A DNA stretch of 64,000 nt from Mytilus trossulus (Eukaryota). The notes below the pieces were generated by a model. The model was not told the DNA's origin, did no database searches, and saw nothing but the letters and a program-made list of their open reading frames with translations. The translations under genes were made by a program, and so were the position numbers. Shown piece after piece: positions 1 through 15,522 of this stretch (the stretch's first letter is position 1; every line of letters starts with the position of its first letter). The stretch spans positions 47,492,001-47,556,000 of the forward strand of contig NC_086373.1 in the NCBI RefSeq assembly GCF_036588685.1, in the 5' to 3' direction.

Positions 1-480
1 CCGATTCATATGAAAATAATAAGCGGTCGTCAGGAAGAGGCGCACAGTAAGTTTCCATAGGAATGCCGACAATTTGTTGGAAAAGTCTACCTCAAAACTC
101 AACAAATATGTTGTCGATAAGAAACTCCAGCATACTGACCACTTGTACTTCTGTGTAGCATGTTTTATCTTTTTGTTTGGCACTATTAACGAAATATGCC
201 TTATGATATCCCAAAGTAATAAATTTATAACGTATGCTACCATTTTTTTTTTTGAAAGGCATTGTGGATTATTTCTTTTAGGCGATTTTTCAATTTCACA
301 TGGGCTATGGTGGTATACAGGGTTGAAAAATCAAAAGTTTTGATAAAACTAATTTCAGAGAAAGACCGAATTGTTTAGAAGTTCTTTAGAATTTTTAAGA
401 ATCCACATTTGCGCGAGTAAACAGTTTCACAGTATTTCTGAAGACCCTCTTTAACTGCGGTCATAATTTTAGTCAATCTA
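1..480 (-). mobile_element. Degenerate Penelope-like element (PLE) reverse transcriptase fragment
   Basis: Manual minus-strand translation across frameshifts gives TAVKEGLQKYCETVYSR..MWILKNSKELL..IKTFDFSTLYTTIAH..MLEFLIDNIFVEF*GRLFQQIVGIPMETYCAP..LFSYE. These match the PLE RT motifs FDFSTLYT and QQ.vGIPMG.NCAP. Stops and frameshifts are present, and the fragment runs off the window start. Confidence 0.9.
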
Positions 481-589
481 ATGGACAATTTCTACCTCAG
501 GCATAGTATTTGGCAAAACTTTTAGGAATTTCGGTTCTCAATGCTCTTCAACTTCGTACTTTATTTGGCCTATTTAACTTTTTTTATTC

Positions 590-645
590 GAGCGTCACTG
601 ATGAGTCTTTTGTAGACGAAACGCGCGTCTGGCGTATATACAAAA
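590..645 (+). ncRNA. Type I hammerhead ribozyme, copy 1
   Basis: CTGATGA at 598-604; stem II GTCT/AGAC (605-608/614-617); GAAA at 618-621; stem III CGC/GCG (622-624/632-634); GUA triplet with predicted cleavage after 636. Stem I is weak or not obvious. Confidence 0.8.
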
Positions 646-953
646 TTTAGTCCTGGTATCTATGATGAGTTTAATTACTACCACTGGGTCGATGCCCATG
701 CTGGTGGAGATTTATTTCCCCGAGGGTATCACTAGCCCAGTAGTCAGCACTTTTGTGCTGACATGAATTGTCATTGATATGGTTATATTTATAAATTTAC
801 TGTTTACAAATTTTTGAATTTTTTTAAATACTAATGCTTTTCTACCTCAGGCATAGATTACCTTAGCTGTATTTGGCAAAACTTTTAGGAACTTTGGTCC
901 CCAATGCTCTTCAATTTCGTACTTTATTAGGCCTTTTTAACTTTTTTGGATTC

Positions 954-1009
954 GAGCGTCACTGATGAGTCCTTTTTAGACGAAACGCGCGTCTGGCGTA
1001 TATACTAAA
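954..1009 (+). ncRNA. Type I hammerhead ribozyme, copy 2
   Basis: CTGATGA at 962-968; stem II GTC/GAC (969-971/979-981); GAAA at 982-985; stem III CGC/GCG (986-988/996-998); GUA triplet with predicted cleavage after 1000. Confidence 0.8.
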
Positions 1010-1135
1010 TTTAGTCCTTGTATCTATGATGAGTTTATTGATACACCTCATGTCTAAAAAATTGTTAAAATTATAAATCATACCAGTGCATGCTTGTTTA
1101 GATATAATGAAAAAAAGTATTTTGTTATTTTTTAG

Positions 1136-1465
1136 GTTATATATATCATGGCAGGAATAGGATACAGACCAAACTTTTTTGAAAAATACTTCCGCATTGT
1201 TGAAAAGGTTGCATTGCATGGAAATCCGATCATCGACTCGTTCCCTACAGATCACAAAGACATAAAAATCACTTTACCTGCACATGTGGAAGCAATGAAG
1301 GTAAATGGGTTAGTTTCCGAAAACGCGTCCGATGGTGAGGTTTTTGCAAGTATTGCGACTTTAAAATTAGCATCAATGTATCTGAGGCGGGGAGTTCAGG
1401 AATCAGCTGTAAAAAGAACAAGAAAGCCAAAAAAATATAGTCAGCGAATTGCCTATGACTTCTGA
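1136..1465 (+). CDS. Probable terminal coding exon of an unidentified gene whose upstream exons lie outside the window
   Basis: Polypyrimidine tract and TAG acceptor ending at 1135; phase-0 open frame VIYIMAGIGYRPNFF...RIAYDF* (109 aa plus stop) with protein-like composition; AATAAA signals at about 1533, 1543 and 1702. Family not recognised. Confidence 0.6.
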   Translation, partial: VIYIMAGIGYRPNFFEKYFRIVEKVALHGNPIIDSFPTDHKDIKITLPAHVEAMKVNGLVSENASDGEVFASIATLKLASMYLRRGVQESAVKRTRKPKKYSQRIAYDF

Positions 1466-3366
1466 AGTTGGTGATGGATGCAAAGATTTGGAAATATTGT
1501 TAGTCGCAAGAAAGGGTTTTATAGGGAAATGCAATAAAAGTAAATAAATCTAAATTTATTTCAGTGGAGACATTTGTATGAAAAACGTTTTTTGTCTGAC
1601 TAGTTTATTTAGTGATTCATAGACATGTGATGGTATGTCAATGTATTTAGAAGTGTATCATGTAGCGTGTTTATCTATTGTCTTAAAAAATCATTATACC
1701 AAATAAAATTATTAGAATTAGCTATCAAAGTCCTTATATTTGAATGAAGTAACATTCATTTTTAGTGGAAAATTGTTTTAACGTTAATTAAGCTATAATT
1801 AAAAAATGTTTGCTAAACCCTCTCTGTGATTAATGTAAGATAACTCTGGTCAATTTTCCCAATCACTCTTTCATTAGGGGGAGATAAAATATTTCGATGA
1901 TGGAAGTATTCAACGACCTTGACTGGATATACATACCTCATTGTTCATTTATAGTCTTTTAAAAAAAAAATTCTTTATGTTGGTATAGATTAATTTTATA
2001 CATTACAAAACAAATAAATGAAATTATATATATTTTTTTTATAAACCAATAAAGAACACTAAGATGTAGTACATTTATAAATTTTGGAGCAATTTAAAGC
2101 TCAATAAAATAGACATAAAGACCAGTTCAAGGTAGACAATCAACATTGACTTTTTTGGAATTGAACATAGTACAAAGGAATGCAACTCTTGCATACAAAA
2201 GATACATCAAAAGAATTATTAAACACGAATTCGTGCGCCACCTTCAATAACGATTCTAAACTATCATTATGACCAACAGTTGTAAATCTATAGAATAGTG
2301 ACAGCTAATGAATGCTAACCCACAGTGAAATACATTTGTTAGAATTTTTTAAAACCTACTCGTAAAAATGCACAAACTACTTGATTTCCATAGATCAAAA
2401 TTAACATGTTTACACATTGATAAAATATGGTGGTTAAACATTATAAATCTATAACAGTATGAGATTCAATATGACCTCGTATACTAGCATCAACTTACCC
2501 AAATATATATGTATAAAAAGCCAAATCATTTTGTATTTGTTTACATTAAAATCCATCTTGGAAATTTTAAAACTTATCACAAATCCCGGTTAAGATTTGA
2601 CTAAATACCAACATCCAGATATGTTCAGGTAAATATGCTAGTGTATTTCATCATTCATTGTGTATTTTGTTTTGTAAATATAGTTCACTAGATTTGGCGA
2701 TAAAAAGTTTTAATTGTTTCTTATTTTACAATTTAAGTAGTATTCTTTACCAAAACACATCATCATCATCATTCAAAACAAATTGCACTTATTTGACTGG
2801 ATGGTTCCTATGCTCCATGTTTATACTCAGTGGGGAGTATTCTTAGTAGTCGAACTGCTGTCAACACCGAGGTTGTGATTTGGAAACTCGCATGTGACAG
2901 GTGATCTAGACTCCAATCTTAATTTACTGGGAGTGTCTGTTTTTCTACCGAAGGTTATGTGTTTTTATTCAAAAGGTCAAACACATCAAACGGATGGAAA
3001 ACAACTTGCATATTCCTGACTTGATATAGGCATTTTCTTATACAGAAAATTTTGAATAACCTTGTTTTAAAACTAGCTTAACCTTTCACTTTTATGACTG
3101 TAGAAGACCAATCCATTATATTGACCATGATGTGTGAACACAATAAACAGACATAAAAGGTAAATGATGTGTGAACACAATAAACAGACATAATTTGATA
3201 AAAGGTATAAATAACAAATAAGGGGTACAGCAGTCAACATTGTGTTATAATCTTCATCCATGTAAAGCACTGACAAGTGATCTGATGGTAGATACCATCG
3301 GATTAACAATCTACCAACATAAGTAATGAAACGTTGGTGATTCATTTACAAACTGATAAACGTTTT

Positions 3367-4047
3367 TGCGACAGCGGCATAGTTTCACATCAATACCATC
3401 AAGAACAAATATAATTCCTTACATCTCTCAACCCAAACATTGCTATTTTTTTCTTTAAATTGTTAACCCCAGAATTCCAGTCACGTGTATCGTGCAATTA
3501 TATATCACATATATAAACATGGTGGTGTTATTGGTTGCAAACCAAGGAAATCGCAAAAAGATAAATCACATTCAAATACTAGTAGATATCTTCAGGCCAA
3601 ATTAATCAATAAAATATACTGCAAACCTGTGTCGAAATGATATCTATGATATAACTAACCAAGACTTGGTGGATTTTATTCATCGCTAATAAATATTTTT
3701 ACATGCTTACTTTTGTGTTCATAAAGAATTTTATATCGAAATGTCAAGGCATATAAGGGTAAAAAAACTAGTTACCAGAAAACGGTGTGTTTAATGTTAC
3801 TCGCAAAAATTTAATGATCTAATTCGGAATCTAATTGTGCGACAGCGGCATAGTTTCACATCAATATCGTCAAGAACAAATATAATTCCTTACATCTCTC
3901 AACCCAAACATTTCCTTGGTTTGCAACCAATAACACCACCATGTTTATATATAATTGCACGATACACGTGACTGGAATTCTGGGGTTAACAATTTAAAGA
4001 AAAAAAAGCAATGTTTGGGTTGAGAGATGTAAGGAATTATATTTGTT
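3367..4047. repeat. Local direct plus inverted duplication
   Basis: 3838-3912 is a direct copy of about 3367-3441; 3911-4047 is an inverted copy of about 3404-3550. Confidence 0.85.
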
Positions 4048-4170
4048 TGGTCAATAACAAGTTAACAAAACTTTATAAGTCTACATCTTTTTACTGATGG
4101 TCTTATATATACGTAGTATTTTCTTGACACTTAAACGGCTACAATCTATAACTGATGTACACGTCTATTT

Positions 4171-7323
<3,153 letters not shown>

Positions 7324-7649
7324 TCTTGGTATACTGTGTAACAATATAAAATCGAACTTTATGTATTTCATAAAATATCAGTAATGAAACTTGGGTGTTG
7401 ATTTGCAATTTTTACAAGAATTGTATGTTCTGCATTTATCAAGACAATACGATTGAGGTCACTGAAACAGGTATTATAAAAAAAAAGTGTATTCTGAATT
7501 ATAATAACAATCCCATCATATTTTTCTAACTATCCTTCACTAATATAATACAAGTCCTTGATTTCAACATGGACATTATTTTTATTGTCAACCTAATCAT
7601 TTAAAATTACTTCCAACATCAGTTACCAGTATTAGGGTTAATTCGGGTT

Positions 7650-10410
7650 TTGTGAAAACTTTCGAAAGCCCTACAAGAACTAGAAAATCGCTTTATAAAA
7701 TCAAAATGCCAAAATATTCAATGGAGGTGACTTAAACTTAATGACATCAACTTGGAGACAGGAAGAACAGACCCTGGAGGAAGAAACAAATAGCAAAGCA
7801 ACATCTCTATAAACACACGGACCAACTTTAACATGGGACAAATCAACAAATTACCCACACGAAATATATATAAGATCTCTTGATAACGTCACTTCCAACA
7901 CATGGTAAAAACCACCACATGTCCACCCGTTGGGAAAAGTTACCAAGACATACTATCAGTATCAAATTAAAAAACACCGAAAATTACAAGTATTAAAAAG
8001 CTGAGTAGTAGATCAGCCGCATCCAACTATAAAAACAAATGGGAAGGAATCACACAGGATCTGACATCACTGAGAAACAAATTTATGTTAAAATTCGAAT
8101 CAGTTAGAAATAAACACTCAGTAGAGAAAACTAGACACAGTTTAAATAGGCCATTGAAACACCACGACGCACCATGCATGACAACGGAGATCAAAGGACT
8201 CATCAGGAAAAGCCACACTTGTACAAGAAAAGCAAAAAATGCAAAAAACATCACACGAAGAGGCTTCAAAGACAGCACAAGCTAGATACGATACAAACTA
8301 CACAAAATCTACTTGGACTCGCTAAATGAAACGTTAGACTTGAAAAAAGACACCAATATGATTTGAAAATATATAAAAAAGAAACAGGACTCAATGGAAA
8401 TTGGTGCTCAACGAAGTATCAGCGGAAAAGGCACAGAGAGGGCTCGAATGCTGATTAACAGTTAACATAGAATTAACAACGTTAAAACAAAACATATATC
8501 AATTTGAGGAAACTCGCCATTTATACCAATGACGTCAAAATTTGTGAAAAAGAAGAAGATAATGTACTTGCTTAATCGACTTAATCCGGGTAAACAACCG
8601 GACCTGATAAAATTTCACTAACACTACTTATTGAAACAGTTAAAATCATTGCACCAATACTTATAAGAATTTATCAACAGTCACTTACTAGTAACAAAGG
8701 CCAAATCCCACAGGACTAGAAAAATGCCAAATTTGTTCCAGTATTTAAAAAACGAAATCGTTCAAACCCATCTTACTGTAGGTCAGTGTCATTAACATCA
8801 GTGTCATCAAAAGTTTTAGAACACATACTAGTAGCATAAAATATGAATTATTTAGACGATCAAATTATCCTCAATAAAAAAAAACATAGGTTTAGAGCAA
8901 AAAGGTAATGCAAAAGCCCACTCCGGATGACCATCGACGACATCAACAAATGGATAAACGACAATATCCAAATCGACATAGCAATCCTAGACTAAGCAAA
9001 AGCCTTCGCCAAAGTTGCTCACAAAAGGCTATCAGAGAAAATACAATATTATGGCATTGGCGAAACAACCAGAATATGGATGAACACATTCCGCAGTTAC
9101 AGAACCCAAAAGGTAGTTTTAGAGTTTTAGATGGGGAATCTTCCATGTGTTCCTTTGTTAAAAAAAAAAGGCAACAGTAGTATACCGCTGTTCGAGATTC
9201 ATAAATCGATTGAGAAAAAAAAAACAAATGCGGGTTACAAACTAAAACTGAGGGAAACACATCAAACATATGAGAACTACGACACAACAGAAAAACAACA
9301 ACACTAAAATGTAACACACACAGAAACAAACCATAATATAACAATGGCCATTTTCCTCACTTGGTACAGGACATTTAAGAGGGAAAATGATGGGTTGAAC
9401 CTTTTTTTGTGGCTAGCCAAACCTCCCGCTTGTATGGCAATTTTGTACAGTACAAATAAATGCACGAACATTCAGGACAGAGAAAAATGCAAATAAACAA
9501 TGCAATATAGTACATATCGGCAACGAAACAACAGAAACACTGAAGTGAAAAAAAAAAAAACGACAATGTAATCGGGGGTTCCCCGGGGAACAGTACTTGA
9601 ATCCGCATTATTGCTTGTGTTCACCAATAACATCAGTTACTACAAGAAGATCTTGACACACTTGTAAATTGGTCCAGTACATGGGAAATGGAATTAAACG
9701 TTTCCAATGGCACAATAATGCAACCCACACACAAAAGATCAAAGACAGAACTCCCTTAAAAAATGAGAGGCAAAACTCTTGAAAACGTTAGCTATCAACC
9801 ATAGCAACAATCTGAAGTGCATTTTGCAGATTGACCAAACTTACAAAAATTCATCAAAATTGAATAACTGCTTTAGAATTTGAAATCCTTATACAAACAG
9901 ACAAACATCAATAAATTAGAATATGTCAAAAAGAACGCAGCAAGATCTGTTCTCAATAAACCACATAATTACAAAAACACAGACGGCACAACAGAAATTG
10001 TAAATAAAAATATTGGAAAACGTAAGATCAGAAGTCATAAAACTTTGCTCAGTGCTTAGATCACTTAAATCATGCTTTAAACATAAAATACAACATTTTG
10101 CCGTGATTGGTTGATTTTTGGAGTACGAGTACAAAAAACTGACTCGAAACATCAGACATTATCCTCATATATAAGGCAGTCCACCACAACGATCGCCGTG
10201 CCTATTCAACATCACCCTTCTATAGCAGAAATAAAATCAACTTGTTACAGCCATGAAAGGAAATAACAGACAATTGGGACAAACGTAAATGCGTACATAT
10301 ACTCGTTCTTTCCTCGTTCAATCAATTTATGGGACTAACTACCCCAACCTGTGATAGACATCCCTAAATTAGACGCATTTAATGTGGCGGTCAAGGGAGT
10401 ATTCTAAATT
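7650..10410 (+). mobile_element. Decayed CR1/L2-group LINE (endonuclease-RT remnant), copy 1
   Basis: Broken-frame translations GPDKIS..IAPILIRIYQQSL..GQIPQD*KNA.FVPVFKK.NRSNPS.CRSVSLTSVSSKVLEHI, IAILD*AKAF, GVPRGTVL, LLQEDLDTLVNWSSTWEMELN and YSFFPRSINLWD*LP. Many stops; the YADD/FADD region is deleted. Confidence 0.88.
9159..9565. mobile_element. Short interspersed repeat inserted into the LINE RT (also at about 14270-14677)
   Basis: Interrupts the RT frame. Shares the core CTTGGTACAGG.CATTT..AAAATG.TGG.TT.AACCT with copies at about 2970-3075 and 17515-17700. Confidence 0.6.
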
Positions 10411-11853
10411 TCAAATTATTGTCTAGTGTAAATACGATTAATCTTTTATTTAAATTAAGGCACTGGTATACGCGTATGTAAATAGTCCTTCGTGGAATTT
10501 CTGCTTGCGGATGTAACTAATAAGTAACCTAATTGAAGTACAAGTTGAACTGTTCTTATATCAAATTTCTGAGTATACTTTTGACGGACGTGTTTCAAAA
10601 AAGACACTATTTTGGGTTATTAGTGTGTATAGTTGGATTGCAGTCGCATTAACATACACTCATATCTCATTTTATTTACTTCAACCAAATGCAATTTGGT
10701 GACAGTCCATCCTTGAATATTCATAGGGGAGACAACTGATAAAAGATTTCGATCCTGAATGACACTGAATGACAGCTAGCGCATGAAAATTAAATAGCCT
10801 GGCATATTTTAAACACAAAATTACATATCGTTCTATACTGCATTAACAGAACGCTGTGACCTATTTTCAGTTTCTTTTTCTGTTTATTTATTTGTAATAT
10901 TTCACGATAAAAGCAGAGTTTACCCGAGAAATACTTTTGTGTAGGTACATTGATGTCAGTGGTTTATATAATTATCTACGGAAACATTTAGGCGTCATTG
11001 AACAAAATTGTAGAATCTAGTTGTTTTGATCTTGTATATCTCAAACAGCTGTTTCATTATGTAGACGAAGATTTGGACCCCGATCCCTAATCCTGAAAAA
11101 CAGTTAAATATGTTGAGTAAATAATAAAGTGTATGAAAATTTTGCTGCTTTTAAAATGCTTTAAGTATTTAAACTTCAATATTTGTTCATTTTTTACAAA
11201 AACAAAAACATGTATATGGATGCAAGCTATATGATGATTGGAAAACAAGAAACTAATTAATTAAGGGATTTTCAATCAATTTTATTTTTTATTTTTTTGG
11301 GGGGGTGGAGGGGGAGGATGAAAAATCGTGTCTGCATCTTTTTTTACTTGTTATCTCTGTCCTGTCTTACTATTTTTCAGTCTATTTCAGTCCTGTCATT
11401 TTTTTATTAGTTTATCTCGATTTATTTTTTTAAATTGTCATCCTTCCTTTTTTTGGCAAAGCTGCTTATCCTGCCTATCCTAAAGAAAAACAACCCAACG
11501 GACACAGTCAATCAATGGTTCACTTAATTCATTTTTTAAATTTACCAAAATAATACAAAAAACATGTTCCGAAATGGTCTGCCAGCAAAAAACTCAAATA
11601 GCATCTCTCAAAGTGGGTAAAGCATTTTTTAAACCTAATATGAAATAGCAGTCATTTATCTTTGATTACAATTTCCAGGGAATTAATGACTAATATGCTC
11701 TTTGTTTGGGGTATTACAGTAACAAGTTGTGTCCCTCCAGAAATAAACCCTTTCCTTGTTCAACTAGGGATACCCACTTTCTATGTCAATATTTAATTCT
11801 TTTTTATCCTTAAACTCTTTTGATTATATTATGTCGACACAAACTTTGAGTTA

Positions 11854-12435
<582 letters not shown>

Positions 12436-12760
12436 TCTTGGTATACTGTGTAACAATATAAAATCGAACTTTATGTATTTCATAAAATATCAGTAATGAA
12501 ACTTGGGTGTTGATTTGCAATTTTTACAAGAATTGTATGTTCTGCATTTATCAAGACAATATGATTGAGGTCACTGAAACATGTATTATAAAAAAAAGTG
12601 TATTCTGAATTATAATAACAATCCCATCATATTTTTCTAACTATCCTTCACTAATATAATACAAGTCCTTGATTTCAACATGGACATTATTTTTATTGTC
12701 AACCTAATCATTTAAAATTACTTCCAACATCAGTTACCAGTATTAGGGTTAATTCGGGTT

Positions 12761-15522
12761 TTGTGAAAACTTTCGAAAGCCCTACAAGAACTAGAAAATC
12801 GCTTTATAAAATCAAAATGCCAAAATATTCAATGGAGGTGACTTAAACTTAATGACATCAACTTGGAGACAGGAAGAACAGACCCTGGAGGAAGAAACAA
12901 ATAGCAAAGCAACATCTCTATAAACACACGGACCAACTTTAACATGGGACAAATCAACAAATTACCCACACGAAATATATATAAGATCTCTTGATAACGT
13001 CACTTCCAACACATGGTAAAAACCACCACATGTCCACCCGTTGGGAAAAGTTACCAAGACATACTATCAGTATCAAATTAAAAAACACCGAAAATTACAA
13101 GTATTAAAAAGCTGAGTAGTAGATCAGCCGCATCCAACTATAAAAACAAATGGGAAGGAATCACACAGGATCTGACATCACTGAGAAACAAATTTATGTT
13201 AAAATTCGAATCAGTTAGAAATAAACACTCAGTAGAGAAAACTAGACACAGTTTAAATAGGCCATTGAAACACCACGACGCACCATGCATGACAACGGAG
13301 ATCAAAGGACTCATCAGGAAAAGCCACACTTGTACAAGAAAAGCAAAAAATGCAAAAAACATCACACGAAGAGGCTTCAAAGACAGCACAAGCTAGATAC
13401 GATACAAACTACACAAAATCTACTTGGACTCGCTAAATGAAACGTTAGACTTGAAAAAAGACACCAATATGATTTGAAAATATATAAAAAAGAAACAGGA
13501 CTCAATGGAAATTGGTGCTCAACGAAGTATCAGCGGAAAAGGCACAGAGAGGGCTCGAATGCTGATTAACAGTTAACATAGAATTAACAACGTTAAAACA
13601 AAACATATATCAATTTGAGGAAACTCGCCATTTATACCAATGACGTCAAAATTTGTGAAAAAGAAGAAGATAATGTACTTGCTTAATCGACTTAATCCGG
13701 GTAAACAACCGGACCTGATAAAATTTCACTAACACTACTTATTGAAACAGTTAAAATCATTGCACCAATACTTATAAGAATTTATCAACAGTCACTTACT
13801 AGTAACAAAGGCCAAATCCCACAGGACTAGAAAAATGCCAAATTTGTTCCAGTATTTAAAAAACGAAATCGTTCAAACCCATCTTACTGTAGGTCAGTGT
13901 CATTAACATCAGTGTCATCAAAAGTTTTAGAACACATACTAGTAGCATAAAATATGAATTATTTAGACGATCAAATTATCCTCAATAAAAAAAAACATAG
14001 GTTTAGAGCAAAAAGGTAATGCAAAAGCCCACTCCGGATGACCATCGACGACATCAACAAATGGATAAACGACAATATCCAAATCGACATAGCAATCCTA
14101 GACTAAGCAAAAGCCTTCGCCAAAGTTGCTCACAAAAGGCTATCAGAGAAAATACAATATTATGGCATTGGCGAAACAACCAGAATATGGATGAACACAT
14201 TCCGCAGTTACAGAACCCAAAAGGTAGTTTTAGAGTTTTAGATGGGGAATCTTCCATGTGTTCCTTTGTTAAAAAAAAAAGGCAACAGTAGTATACCGCT
14301 GTTCGAGATTCATAAATCGATTGAGAAAAAAAAAACAAATGCGGGTTACAAACTAAAACTGAGGGAAACACATCAAACATATGAGAACTACGACACAACA
14401 GAAAAACAACAACACTAAAATGTAACACACACAGAAACAAACCATAATATAACAATGGCCATTTTCCTCACTTGGTACAGGACATTTAAGAGGGAAAATG
14501 ATGGGTTGAACCTTTTTTTGTGGCTAGCCAAACCTCCCGCTTGTATGGCAATTTTGTACAGTACAAATAAATGCACGAACATTCAGGACAGAGAAAAATG
14601 CAAATAAACAATGCAATATAGTACATATCGGCAACGAAACAACAGAAACACTGAAGTGAAAAAAAAAAAAAACGACAATGTAATCGGGGGTTCCCCGGGG
14701 AACAGTACTTGAATCCGCATTATTGCTTGTGTTCACCAATAACATCAGTTACTACAAGAAGATCTTGACACACTTGTAAATTGGTCCAGTACATGGGAAA
14801 TGGAATTAAACGTTTCCAATGGCACAATAATGCAACCCACACACAAAAGATCAAAGACAGAACTCCCTTAAAAAATGAGAGGCAAAACTCTTGAAAACGT
14901 TAGCTATCAACCATAGCAACAATCTGAAGTGCATTTTGCAGATTGACCAAACTTACAAAAATTCATCAAAATTGAATAACTGCTTTAGAATTTGAAATCC
15001 TTATACAAACAGACAAACATCAATAAATTAGAATATGTCAAAAAGAACGCAGCAAGATCTGTTCTCAATAAACCACATAATTACAAAAACACAGACGGCA
15101 CAACAGAAATTGTAAATAAAAATATTGGAAAACGTAAGATCAGAAGTCATAAAACTTTGCTCAGTGCTTAGATCACTTAAATCATGCTTTAAACATAAAA
15201 TACAACATTTTGCCGTGATTGGTTGATTTTTGGAGTACGAGTACAAAAAACTGACTCGAAACATCAGACATTATCCTCATATATAAGGCAGTCCACCACA
15301 ACGATCGCCGTGCCTATTCAACATCACCCTTCTATAGCAGAAATAAAATCAACTTGTTACAGCCATGAAAGGAAATAACAGACAATTGGGACAAACGTAA
15401 ATGCGTACATATACTCGTTCTTTCCTCGTTCAATCAATTTATGGGACTAACTACCCCAACCTGTGATAGACATCCCTAAATTAGACGCATTTAATGTGGC
15501 GGTCAAGGGAGTATTCTAAATT
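12761..15522 (+). mobile_element. Decayed CR1/L2-group LINE, copy 2 (part of the tandem duplication)
   Basis: Sequence essentially identical to 7650-10410. Confidence 0.88.

Larger units (their letters stand above)
489..1037 (+). mobile_element. Retrozyme: tandem repeat of about 1.5 units with a 364-nt period, bounded by two hammerhead ribozymes
   Basis: Direct repeats at about 489-672 and 840-1037, each containing CTGATGA-stem-GAAA-stem-GTA. The two cores are exactly 364 nt apart. Confidence 0.85.

Noticed and set aside
74-343. 89-aa plus-strand ORF
   Set aside because: Antisense shadow of the Penelope RT fragment.
959-1255. 98-aa minus-strand ORF
   Set aside because: Overlaps the retrozyme and the better-supported plus-strand exon; no splice or motif support.
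2820-2950. tRNA-like A/B box traces
   Set aside because: Too degenerate for a cloverleaf; at most a decayed SINE head.
8027-10152. Short ORFs, also duplicated at 13138-15264
   Set aside because: Off-frame or antisense pieces of the decayed CR1-type LINE and its inserted repeat.
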